Source: an uncultured Actinomycetes bacterium (lineage in GTDB: Bacteria > Actinomycetota > Actinomycetes > Jiangellales > Jiangellaceae). From it: DNA of 33,381 nucleotides. The translations under genes were made by a program, and so were the position numbers. The stretch is taken from assembly GCA_964570165.1 (NCBI GenBank), contig CAZMXH010000002.1:1-33381 (forward strand), given 5' to 3'. Below, piece after piece: positions 7,554 to 16,121 of the stretch. Each line of letters starts with the position of its first letter. The stretch's first letter is position 1. The notes below the pieces were generated by a model. The model saw only the letters and a list, made by a program, of their open reading frames with translations, was not told the DNA's origin and did not search any database.

Positions 7554-8327
7554 CTAGCCAGCCCCGTTGCCGTCCTTCAGCGGCCGGTTCGGTCCGGAAC
7601 CGCCGGTGGGCCCGGGCTCGTCGGGGCTGAAGCGCAGCCGTCTCGCAACGATGTCTGCAGCCACGTCGGCAAGGGCCCGGTCATTGACAAAAGCGTATGC
7701 ACGAAGGCGGGCGAGACCGTCAATGACAGAGATTCCGAGTTGGACGCTGATCATGCCAGCCGCCTGGTGCACCTCGGCGTGATGGTCGGCGAAGGTCCCG
7801 TCCCCGAGCACGTCGACATCGGCCGGTAGGCCGCCGCGGTCGTAGAGCGCGAGGGCGAAGACCGCGTCGGAGTACGCCAGCGCGTCCGCGAGCTCATCGG
7901 AGCTCAGCGGTCCCGCTGAACGCCGGTACAGGTTGAGCACCCCGAAGCGGGCGGCTCCGGCAGCCACAGGAAAGGCGAACATCGCATAGAACCCGCGCTC
8001 GGTCGCCGCGGGCGCGAACAACGGCCAACGACGCCGCGCATCCGGCGCCGTCACGTCTGCGACCAGCACCGGACCCGCCGAGCCAGCGCCGTCGAATCCG
8101 GGGCCCTGCCCAAGGGTGAACTGCAACTCCTCGAGCTCCTCGGAGTGCGCATCGGTGGCGAACATCGGCGCGAGCAGACCCGTTCCGTGCGTCATGGCCA
8201 GCCCCGCGCCGGAGGCGCCCACCGCCTGCACACACGCTAGGCAAGCGTGCCGAACCGTCGCTTCCGTTCCTTCGACACTCGCAAGGGCATGAATCGAGGC
8301 CCATGCCCGGCCGACCCGGTTCTCCAT
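7554..8327 (-). CDS. GAF + ANTAR domain RNA-binding regulator (paralogue)
   Basis: MENRVGRAW internal ATG (residue 41 of ORF 7554..8447). GAF-like core. ANTAR-like HQAAGMISVQLGISVIDGLARLRAYAFVNDRALADVA. Lies 18 nt upstream of the next ANTAR gene. Confidence 0.8.
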   Translation of the reverse strand: MENRVGRAWASIHALASVEGTEATVRHACLACVQAVGASGAGLAMTHGTGLLAPMFATDAHSEELEELQFTLGQGPGFDGAGSAGPVLVADVTAPDARRRWPLFAPAATERGFYAMFAFPVAAGAARFGVLNLYRRSAGPLSSDELADALAYSDAVFALALYDRGGLPADVDVLGDGTFADHHAEVHQAAGMISVQLGISVIDGLARLRAYAFVNDRALADVAADIVARRLRFSPDEPGPTGGSGPNRPLKDGNGAG

Positions 8328-8528
8328 CACCGCACTACTCCCACTGCGGCGGGGAAATGGCATATCAGTTTGTGATGTCTCGTTTATCGAGCCTATCGCT
8401 TCTCGATCGCATCTCCGTACCGCCGACACGCACCGGGGAGGCGTCAAGGAGCCCTCGAATCATGGCCGAACACCTCCCCAACATGCTGGGACACCATGCC
8501 GAAGGCAAGATCGCCACTGACGACGGGC

Positions 8529-10088
8529 TCAACGTGCGCCGACGAGATCCAGCCAATCCCCGAGTTGCGTGTAATCCGAATAGCCGCAGCGGAAGCCGAC
8601 ATGGCCGTCGGGACGAACGGCAAGCAGCCCGTCCCCCGGCCAGCTGTCGATGCGGTATAGCACGACATGATTCCCGGCCGCCGGAAGGTCCGGTGCCGAG
8701 GCGTCGCGGCGCAACAGCACGTGCACACCTGGGCGCGCGGTGATCTCATGCAGCCGGACCCGCCGTCCCCCGTGGGTGACCTCCTCGTCGGGCAGTCGGT
8801 CTCCGGGACGCGGACCGCGCCCGGTGGGTTGGCCGTCCACCGACAGCGGGCTGCCGCGGTAGCGGACCCAGCGCTGCGAAAGAATGCGGACGACCGCCGC
8901 CATCAGAGGCCGCTGCCGTACCAGGAGCGGGAGCGCCGGGGCGGCAAGGGGTACGAGCGTCCCGCGCAGGAACGCGGGCAGCGGATGGGTCGACGCCTCC
9001 GCGAAGAAGACGAGATGCGTCAGCGCAAGCACCTGCCGCGCAACGGGCCGGCGTTCGAGCTCGTAGGAGTCCAGGAGGCCAGCGTGCTGCCCGTCGGCAG
9101 CGGCGAACGCGAGCTTCCAGCCGAGGTTCACCGCGTCCAGGATCCCGGTGTTCATGCCCTGCGCCGCTGCCGGCGAGTGGGTGTGCGCGGCGTCGCCCAC
9201 GAGGAAGAACGGCTCGCGGCGGAACGAATCCGCCAGCCGGTGCTGCAGCCGCACCTGCGCGGACCACCGCAGCTCGCGGACCGTCACGTCCAGGTCCGCG
9301 TCGGCAAGAAGCTGCCGTACCTCGGGCAGCGGCACCTCGTGCCCCGGCTGCCCGAACGGCGTGTCGGTCGACCGTCCCGCACGGGTGGCGAGTATCCGCC
9401 AGGCTGCGCCCTCTCCTAGCGCGAACAGGAAGACGAGACCGCGGCGCCCGGCCACCACGTGCAGCCGACCCGGGGTGAGACCGTCGAGTTCGGCGTCGGC
9501 GAGGACGACCTCCTCGCGGTACGAGCCGCCGCGCCAGCCGATGCCCGCGATGCGCCGCACCGTGCTGTTCGCGCCATCGCAGCCCGCGACGAAGCGGCAG
9601 CTCACCTCCTCCGTCCGACCGTCTCGCTGGAGTGTGGCGGTCGCCGAGCCATCGTCGGCGGCGGCGGCGTCGAGCAGTTCCACACCCCGCTCCACCTCGA
9701 CACCGCGCTGCTTCAGCGCGTTCGCAAGGACCTCCTCGACGTCCATCTGCCGGAGCAGTGTGAGGTGAGGAAAGGCGGTGTCGCGGAGCGCCACGTCGGC
9801 GAGCTGCACGGTCACGGATCTAGGCCCCAGGTGTAGCTCCGCCGTGGGCGCACGGTCGCCCCTGTCCAGCAGGTCGTCCGTCACTCCCAGCGGGCGAAGG
9901 CTCTCGAGCGTCCGCGGATGCATGATCATGGCCCGCGACGGGCGGAAGGCCTCGGGCCTTCGCTCGACGACACGGACGGACGCGCCGTTGTCGTACGCCT
10001 GCAGCGCGGTAGCGAGCCCGGCCGGGCCGGCGCCCACGACCAGCACGTCCGCGTCGAGCCTCAGGCCGCGGCGACCACGCGCCACCAT
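8529..10088 (-). CDS. FAD-dependent aromatic-ring monooxygenase (PheA/TfdB-like)
   Basis: DVLVVGAGPAGLATAL dinucleotide fold, GDAAHTHSPAAAQGMNTGILDAVNLGWKLA, and a thioredoxin-like C-terminal domain typical of this family. Confidence 0.85.
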   Translation of the reverse strand: MVARGRRGLRLDADVLVVGAGPAGLATALQAYDNGASVRVVERRPEAFRPSRAMIMHPRTLESLRPLGVTDDLLDRGDRAPTAELHLGPRSVTVQLADVALRDTAFPHLTLLRQMDVEEVLANALKQRGVEVERGVELLDAAAADDGSATATLQRDGRTEEVSCRFVAGCDGANSTVRRIAGIGWRGGSYREEVVLADAELDGLTPGRLHVVAGRRGLVFLFALGEGAAWRILATRAGRSTDTPFGQPGHEVPLPEVRQLLADADLDVTVRELRWSAQVRLQHRLADSFRREPFFLVGDAAHTHSPAAAQGMNTGILDAVNLGWKLAFAAADGQHAGLLDSYELERRPVARQVLALTHLVFFAEASTHPLPAFLRGTLVPLAAPALPLLVRQRPLMAAVVRILSQRWVRYRGSPLSVDGQPTGRGPRPGDRLPDEEVTHGGRRVRLHEITARPGVHVLLRRDASAPDLPAAGNHVVLYRIDSWPGDGLLAVRPDGHVGFRCGYSDYTQLGDWLDLVGAR

Positions 10089-10645
10089 GCCGTGTCCTCA
10101 TCCAGCCGGTGTCCGTGAAGCAGGCCTGGGTCGGCCAACACATCGTCGCGCCGCATGTCCGGAACAACCATGTAGTCGATCGACTCGCTGACCAGTTCTA
10201 GTACTCGCCACAGCGACCGGGCGTACTTCTCGGCCCGGTCCGCGCCGTCCCACTCGTACAACCCCCGGTACGCGCCGTTGTCGTCGTGGGACAGCCAGAG
10301 CTTCGAAACGAAGCCCGGGAAGCCCACGAACAGCGGCGTGTTGAGGATGCTCTCGATCCGGAACAGGACGTGCCCTCGACCCCGCACACCTCTGAGCCGG
10401 AACGAAACCACCAGGACGCACGGGTCGACCGGCGGCTGCTCGACGACCGTCTCCCGGTACACCCTTCCAGCCGTCCCGTCGGCGAACTGGATCATCCGAC
10501 CCACATTTCCGTGCGGCTGGTGGATCTGCAGGCGTCCGAGCATCGCGACGGTCGCCGCTACGCTGCGACCCACTGCCCGCCACGCTATGGCCCTGGGAAG
10601 TGGACGGTGGCCGTTCCGCCCCTCTCCCGGGGAGTTCAATGCCAT
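10061..10645 (-). CDS. conserved hypothetical protein, co-transcribed with the monooxygenase
   Basis: ORF 10061..10708; its 3' end overlaps the monooxygenase start by 28 nt. Core FVGFPGFVSKLWLSHDDNGAYRGLYEWDGADRAEKYARSL looks like a real domain, but I cannot name it. Start uncertain: 10645, 10708 or later. Confidence 0.5.
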   Translation of the reverse strand: MALNSPGEGRNGHRPLPRAIAWRAVGRSVAATVAMLGRLQIHQPHGNVGRMIQFADGTAGRVYRETVVEQPPVDPCVLVVSFRLRGVRGRGHVLFRIESILNTPLFVGFPGFVSKLWLSHDDNGAYRGLYEWDGADRAEKYARSLWRVLELVSESIDYMVVPDMRRDDVLADPGLLHGHRLDEDTAWWRVVAAA

Positions 10646-10784
10646 ACCTTCATTCTGTGCGGGCTGCTGCCATCGCGTAGTGGCAAATGTCCCGCCACTG
10701 CGTGCCACACGGCAGCGGTTGTCCCAGCCCTCTCATGATCGAGGTGAAATCAGTGACTCCCTGGACTCACCAGAGTCACCCCGA

Positions 10785-11816
10785 TCATGCACGTTCAAGC
10801 CAGTCGCTGATCCGCAACCGGAGATCCGCCTTGGCGTCCGGGGGCGCGAACGACGCGTCGACAGCCGCACGCGCCAGCGACGCGACGGTGACATCGTCGA
10901 AGCCAAACACCTCCCGGGCGCGGGCGTACTCCTGCGCCAGGGAGGTCCCCGCTATGGCCGGGATGTCGGTGTTGAGCGTCACTACGAGCCCCTGGTCGAC
11001 CAGCCGCGGCAGCGGATGGGCGGCCAGATCGGCGACGAGCCCGAGCGCGACGTTGGACGACGGGCACACCTCGAGGGGAATCGAGCGTTCCCGTACCTCG
11101 GCCACCAAGCCGGGATCGTCGAGGACGCGGATCCCATGGCCCAGGCGCTCCGTCCGGCCAACGTCCAGTGCCTCCCGGATGCTTGCCGGTCCGGCCGTCT
11201 CACCGGCATGGTGCACGACGTGCAACCCCGCGTCCGCGCCGGCCGCAAAGATGCCTGCGAACGGCTCGAGCGGATAAGCCTCGTCGCCGGCTACGCCGAG
11301 ACCGACCACACCGCGGGAGCGATACTCCACAGCCAACTCGTACGTGCGCCACGCCCGCTCCACCGACCGCCGCCGAGAGTGGTCGAGGATGACGCGGCAG
11401 TCGACTCCGTACGCCGCCCTGCCTTCGTCGAGCCCGGCCAGCACGGCCTCCAGCGGCATCTGCGGATCGCCCACCCGCTCGCCATGAGACGCCGCGGTGA
11501 ACGTCACCTCGGCGTACCGGGTGCCCTGCTCGGCCTCGTCCTCGCAGAACTCGAGCGCGACCCGCCGAAAGTCGTCCCAACGGCGCAGGCAGGCGCGGAC
11601 GAGCGCGTTGTGGTCGGCGAACTGCCGGAACCCGTCGAACACACCGGTCCTGTGAGCCGGCGCCTGGACCCCGTTCACGGCCGCGATCTCGCGCAGCGTC
11701 TGCCACCGGATGGCGCTTTCGAGGTGCACATGAAGGTGCGCCTTCGGCAGCGTCCTCACGTCGCGCACAGGCGGAGGGTAGATGACACCGCCACCGCCGC
11801 GCACTCGCCACATCAT
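10785..11816 (-). CDS. add: adenosine/adenine deaminase family amidohydrolase
   Basis: LPKAHLHVHLE, HHAGE, LEVCPSSN, LNTDIP. Start uncertain: TTG 11828, ATG 11816/11813 or GTG 11768. Confidence 0.75.
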   Translation of the reverse strand: MMWRVRGGGGVIYPPPVRDVRTLPKAHLHVHLESAIRWQTLREIAAVNGVQAPAHRTGVFDGFRQFADHNALVRACLRRWDDFRRVALEFCEDEAEQGTRYAEVTFTAASHGERVGDPQMPLEAVLAGLDEGRAAYGVDCRVILDHSRRRSVERAWRTYELAVEYRSRGVVGLGVAGDEAYPLEPFAGIFAAGADAGLHVVHHAGETAGPASIREALDVGRTERLGHGIRVLDDPGLVAEVRERSIPLEVCPSSNVALGLVADLAAHPLPRLVDQGLVVTLNTDIPAIAGTSLAQEYARAREVFGFDDVTVASLARAAVDASFAPPDAKADLRLRISDWLERA

Positions 11817-11853
11817 GGGGCAGATCAATGATGGCGGCGGCTAGGTTTGCATG

Positions 11854-11871
11854 AATACCCTCTGGGGTATT
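11854..11871. promoter_or_regulatory. CsoR/CstR-type operator-like palindrome AATACCC-N4-GGGTATT
   Basis: Seen directly 37 nt upstream of the GTG of the MBL-rhodanese gene. Flanked by TTGCAT (11847-11852) and overlapping TATTGT (11868-11873), which could be -35/-10 elements. Confidence 0.45.
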
Positions 11872-11907
11872 GTAGGCAGTTGAGGCCAACCGGAAGGTAC
11901 GCAGACG

Positions 11908-13296
11908 GTGAACCTGGGCGCATCGGCCGTCGAGATCGTCACGATCGACACCCCGTCGCTCGGAGATCGCAGCTACGTTGCGCACGACGGGGAACACGCG
12001 ATCGTGGTCGACCCCCAGCGCGACATCGACCGGGTCCTAGGGGTCGTGAGGACGCGCGGCCTTCGGGTCACCCACGTGCTGGAGACGCATGTCCACAACG
12101 ACTACGTGACCGGCGGCTACGTACTTGCCAACGAGGTCGGCGCCGCGTACGTGGTGTCGGCCGACGACGACGTGAGCTACGACCGGCTGGCCGTGCGGGA
12201 TGGTGATGCGCTGGAGTCCGGCCGGCGGATGCGGATTCGTGTGCTGCACACGCCCGGGCACACCTACACCCACCTGTCGTACGCGCTCGAGATGAGGCGG
12301 CAGGTGCTGGCCGCCTTCACCGGCGGTTCGCTGCTGTACGGCTCGACCGGACGGACGGACCTGCTCGGCTGGGAGCACGCCGAGGCGCTTGCCCGCCACC
12401 AGCACGCCTCGGCTCACCGGCTATCCCGGGAGTTGCCCGCCGACACCCCCGTCTATCCGACCCACGGGTTCGGGAGCTTCTGTGCAGTCAACCAGTCCGA
12501 GGGCACCTCGTCGACGATCGCTCTCGAGGCACGCGTCAACCCGGTGCTCACACAGGACGAGGAGGAGTTCGTCGCCAACCTGCTCGCGGGATTGGACGCC
12601 TACCCGGCCTACTACGCGCACATGGCCCCGATCAACGTCGCAGGGCCGAGCCCGATCGACCTTTCACCGCCGCACCGGGCCGATCCAGCCGAGTTGCGCC
12701 GGCGCATCGAGGCCGGCGAGTGGGTCGTCGACCTGCGCACGCGCACCGCGTTCGCTGCTGGGCACGTACCGGGCACGCTCAACTTCGCGTTGAGCGACAG
12801 CTTCGTCACCTACCTCGGCTGGCTGATCCCATGGGGCACGCCGGTGACTCTGCTCGGCGAGACCCCCGACGACGTCGCCGAGGCGCAGCGTGACATGGCT
12901 CGCATCGGGATCGACCGGCCGGCGGCGGCCGCCACCGGCGCCCCCGAGGAGTGGGCCGCCGACGATCCACTGCAGCAGATCCGGACGGCCAGCTTTGCCG
13001 ACCTTGCCGCCAAGCTCGGCGGCCACGACCCGGCCCTCGCTGTCCTGGACGTCCGCCGCAACGACGAGCGTCGCATTTCGTTCGTGGACGGCAGCATGCA
13101 CGTGCCGATCCACGAACTGCCCGCCCGGCTCAACGAAGTACCCGCCGACCGGCCAGTGTGGGTCCATTGCGCAGCCGGCCACAGGGCGGCCATCGCCGCG
13201 TCGCTGCTACAGCGTGCCGGCCGAGACGTGGTCACGATCGACGACGCGTACGATGCCGCGGCCGACGCAGGGCTGGCCGTTGTCGCCGCCGACTAG
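11908..13296 (+). CDS. MBL-fold hydrolase fused to two rhodanese modules (persulfide dioxygenase-sulfurtransferase-like, CstB-type architecture)
   Basis: LETHVHNDYVTGG metal motif. Second rhodanese module has the catalytic loop VWVHCAAGHRAA. GTG start 10 nt after GGAAGG. Confidence 0.85.
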   Translation: MNLGASAVEIVTIDTPSLGDRSYVAHDGEHAIVVDPQRDIDRVLGVVRTRGLRVTHVLETHVHNDYVTGGYVLANEVGAAYVVSADDDVSYDRLAVRDGDALESGRRMRIRVLHTPGHTYTHLSYALEMRRQVLAAFTGGSLLYGSTGRTDLLGWEHAEALARHQHASAHRLSRELPADTPVYPTHGFGSFCAVNQSEGTSSTIALEARVNPVLTQDEEEFVANLLAGLDAYPAYYAHMAPINVAGPSPIDLSPPHRADPAELRRRIEAGEWVVDLRTRTAFAAGHVPGTLNFALSDSFVTYLGWLIPWGTPVTLLGETPDDVAEAQRDMARIGIDRPAAAATGAPEEWAADDPLQQIRTASFADLAAKLGGHDPALAVLDVRRNDERRISFVDGSMHVPIHELPARLNEVPADRPVWVHCAAGHRAAIAASLLQRAGRDVVTIDDAYDAAADAGLAVVAAD

Positions 13297-13334
13297 GCCG
13301 GCCGGCGACCGCCGTTTCCCTTCCTCCACCTGGG

Positions 13335-14834
13335 CTACCCGTTGGTGCCCTGCTCGCCGAACCAGCCCGCGAGGCGCCCGCCCCGGCCGACCGCACGAAT
13401 CCGGCGCTCGGTAGCGGCGCGCAGCGGACGAGGCGCGACGATAAGAACCTCGTCCCCGGGTCGCAGCCTGGTCCGGCGACCAGGTACGAAGCTCTCACTT
13501 CCCCGAACGATCAGCGCAACCGAGATGCTTTGAGGAAGCCGCAGCTCGCCGATCTCGACGCCGACCAGTTTTGACTGCGGCGGCACCCGGAGCTGGATGA
13601 GGTCGGCTTCGAGCCGCTCGAGGGGTGCGAACTCCACCTCGGCCTCGCGCGCTTCGGCGTCACCGCTCACCCCAAGCTGGCGAGCCGCCCAAGGGAAGGT
13701 GGGCGCCTGTAGCACCGTAAAGACGACAGTCACCAGAAACACGACGGCGAACAACAGCTCAGAGCCTTCGATCTGTTGCGTCATCGGGATCGTCGAGAGG
13801 ATGATCGGAGTCGCCCCGCGCAGGCCCGCCCACGACATGAAGGCCTGCTCACGGATGGGAATACGAAACGGTGTGCTGGAGATCAGAATGGAGAGCGGGC
13901 GGGCGAGCAGAGTCAGGCTGAGGCCGACAACCAGCGCAGGGAACAGGGCCGCAGGCAGCTGACCGGGCGATACCAGCAGGCCCAGCATCACGAACAAGCC
14001 GATCTGCGCCACCCAAGCCAGCCCTTCGGCGAAGGACCGCGTCGCAGCACGGTGTGGCAGGCGCGAGTTGCCCAGGATCAGTCCGGCGACGTATACCGCG
14101 GCGAAGCCGCTCGCCCCGAGGCTGCTGGCGCTGGCGTACGCGAGAACGGCAACCGTCATGACCATCAACGGGTACAGGCCGGACGCGGGGAGTGCGGTCC
14201 GCCGCAGCACCGCAGCACCCAGCCACGCGACGGCACCGCCCGCCACTGCGCCGACGACCAGTTGGTAGACGATCTCGAACGCGGCGAAGCCGATGCCACG
14301 CTCGGCCACGTCGCCCGCACTCACGACCGTGACGAGCACAATGGTCGGCGGATCGTTCAGCCCTGACTCGGCCTCGAGGGTGTTGGCCGTTCGTCGCTTC
14401 AGGGAGACTCTTCGCAGCGTCGAGAACACCGCCGCCGCGTCCGTGGGCGCGAAGATCGCTCCGAGCAGGACGGACAGTTGCCAGTTCAGGCCCAGTAGGT
14501 AGTGTCCGATCACCGCTATGACGGCCGTGCTGATTCCCACCCCGACGGTGGCCAGTGTCAGGCCTGGCCAGAGCGCAGGACGGAAGTCCGACCACTGTGT
14601 GGTCAGCCCGCCTTCGGCAAGTATGATCATCAAGGCGGCGAACGCCAGCCCCTGCGCGAGTTCAGTGTCCTCGAACGGGATACCCAGGAAGGATTCCCCC
14701 AGCAACACCCCGATCAGCAAATAGAGGACCAGGCTGGGCATGCCGAACTGGATGCTGACACGTACGGCGATGACCGCAATGACGACAACGAGGGTCCCAA
14801 CGAGAAGGAAGTCGTTGAAAGCCTCGACGTCCAA
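13335..14834 (-). CDS. K+/H+ antiporter, CPA1 (NhaP2-like) with C-terminal TrkA-C/RCK_C domain
   Basis: Listed ORF runs to 15005. By alignment with the paralogue at 16122..17633, the start is TTG-GAC-GVC (LDVEAFNDFLL) at 14834, 5 nt after GGGAG. Multi-TM core, then LIQLRVPPQSKLVGVEIGELRLP...RPGDEVLIVAP. Confidence 0.85.
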   Translation of the reverse strand: MDVEAFNDFLLVGTLVVVIAVIAVRVSIQFGMPSLVLYLLIGVLLGESFLGIPFEDTELAQGLAFAALMIILAEGGLTTQWSDFRPALWPGLTLATVGVGISTAVIAVIGHYLLGLNWQLSVLLGAIFAPTDAAAVFSTLRRVSLKRRTANTLEAESGLNDPPTIVLVTVVSAGDVAERGIGFAAFEIVYQLVVGAVAGGAVAWLGAAVLRRTALPASGLYPLMVMTVAVLAYASASSLGASGFAAVYVAGLILGNSRLPHRAATRSFAEGLAWVAQIGLFVMLGLLVSPGQLPAALFPALVVGLSLTLLARPLSILISSTPFRIPIREQAFMSWAGLRGATPIILSTIPMTQQIEGSELLFAVVFLVTVVFTVLQAPTFPWAARQLGVSGDAEAREAEVEFAPLERLEADLIQLRVPPQSKLVGVEIGELRLPQSISVALIVRGSESFVPGRRTRLRPGDEVLIVAPRPLRAATERRIRAVGRGGRLAGWFGEQGTNG

Positions 14835-15168
14835 GTGCGCTCCCAGAGCTTCGTTGTCTGCTGCAGCCGGCGCGGACAGGACGGCTCCGCGACACAGGCA
14901 GCGAGCCTGGCCCGAGACGACGGCGGCGATCCGGACTGAAACCGACGGCTCGACGCCGCACGTGGTTCCAAGTCCCTGACTCGATGATCCTAGCGTCGGG
15001 CACACGGCCGCCGCCGCTGGGTGCCGGGCGAACGTTCGATTGTGCCTGCATCACGGCAGGGCGGCTCGACGGTCCTTGCGCTGTCGACTAGAGGCTGCCG
15101 GCGTCGTCGGCGGCAGTGGCGGGCGGCGCGGGGCTGCGGAGTCAGAGGAACCCAATACACTATGCGAG

Positions 15169-15480
15169 GTGATCTTTAAGCGAGTTGGTGACGGGCGCCC
15201 GTACCCTGACCATGAGACGAGCCTTCGCTCGTGGTCGGAGTTACCACCGCGCCAGATCCGGCTCGATGAACTTGTGACCACGAAGCGCACCCTGGACCTC
15301 GAAACGCTGCTCGCCGCAGACTCCACGTTCTACGGTGATCTGTTCGCTCACGTCGTGGAGTGGAAGGGCGAGTTGTACCTCGAGGACGGCTTGCACCGAG
15401 CCCTTCGCGCCGCCCTGCAACAACGGCCGGTCATTCACGCCAGGGTGTTGAGTTTGGCCAGCGAACCCGACGAGTCCTGA
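15169..15480 (+). CDS. ParB/sulfiredoxin-fold domain protein (hypothetical)
   Basis: IRLDELV...VVEWKGELYLEDGLHRALRAAL resembles the ParB N-terminal/Srx DGxHR core. GTG at 15169 lies 7 nt after TACACT (15156-15161), which fits a leaderless transcript. The upstream part of ORF 15040..15480 is Arg/Gly-rich. Confidence 0.5.
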   Translation: MIFKRVGDGRPYPDHETSLRSWSELPPRQIRLDELVTTKRTLDLETLLAADSTFYGDLFAHVVEWKGELYLEDGLHRALRAALQQRPVIHARVLSLASEPDES

Positions 15481-15523
15481 CTAGGCTCACGCACACAACC
15501 ACCACCACGGAGGCGCGAAGCCC

Positions 15524-16117
15524 GTGCACCCGCCGGTCAACCATGACGTCAAGCCCATGCGCCGCGGCCACCGTCACCTGCGCACAGCTATCACGCTTCT
15601 GGTGCTCGCTGGGTTCGTCGCGGGCTCGGCATGGTATGCGTGGAACATCGTCACCGAGCCGGCGGCCGAAACCGACGACGAGGTTGTGGTCAGTACACCC
15701 GAGTGCGCGATGCCGGTGCCGACCGACGCCCCGCCTCCTGAAGAGGTCAACCTCAACGTGTACAACGGCACGTCCATCAACGGCCTCGCGTCCGAGGTGG
15801 CGCGCGAACTGCGCGAGAAGGGCTACGTCATCCTGGACGTCGCGAACGACCCGCAGCGGCGTTCGGTCTCTGGGGTGGCCGAGATCCGTGCAGCGGCGGA
15901 GGGCGCAGACGTCGCGCTCGTCATGTCGCAGTTCCCCGGCGCGGTGTTCCTACAGGACAAGCGGCAGGACGACTCCATCGACGTAGTAGTCGGAGAGTCG
16001 TTCCAGCAGGTGGGCCCCCAGGCGCCGGCTGATGCGGAGAGCACGGAAACGCCAGACCCGGACAGCACGGAGACACCGGAGCCGGACAGCACGATCACGC
16101 AGTATCCGCCGTGCTGA
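15524..16117 (+). CDS. LytR_C domain membrane-anchored protein
   Basis: One N-terminal TM helix (AITLLVLAGFVAGSAWYAW). VNLNVYNGTSINGLASEVARELREKGYVI LytR C-terminal domain. Acidic Pro/Thr tail with STETPDPD/STETPEPD repeat. Confidence 0.7.
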   Translation: MHPPVNHDVKPMRRGHRHLRTAITLLVLAGFVAGSAWYAWNIVTEPAAETDDEVVVSTPECAMPVPTDAPPPEEVNLNVYNGTSINGLASEVARELREKGYVILDVANDPQRRSVSGVAEIRAAAEGADVALVMSQFPGAVFLQDKRQDDSIDVVVGESFQQVGPQAPADAESTETPDPDSTETPEPDSTITQYPPC

Positions 16118-16121
16118 CCCA

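Noticed and set aside
10278-11831. 517-aa plus-strand ORF spanning the deaminase region
   Set aside because: It is antisense to a motif-bearing deaminase gene and to the small protein gene. Arg/Pro/Gly-rich composition with no recognisable motif. A typical high-GC shadow ORF.
14835-15005. c-di-AMP (ydaO-type) or other riboswitch in the leaders of the two K+/H+ antiporter genes (also 17634..17785)
   Set aside because: The leaders are long enough, but I cannot recognise the conserved ydaO core or any other riboswitch consensus by eye. This needs a covariance-model scan and is not claimed.
16035-16095. Short coding repeat (STETPDPD / STETPEPD) in the LytR_C protein tail
   Set aside because: A low-complexity acidic Pro/Thr linker, common in actinobacterial envelope proteins. 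Not a separate feature.
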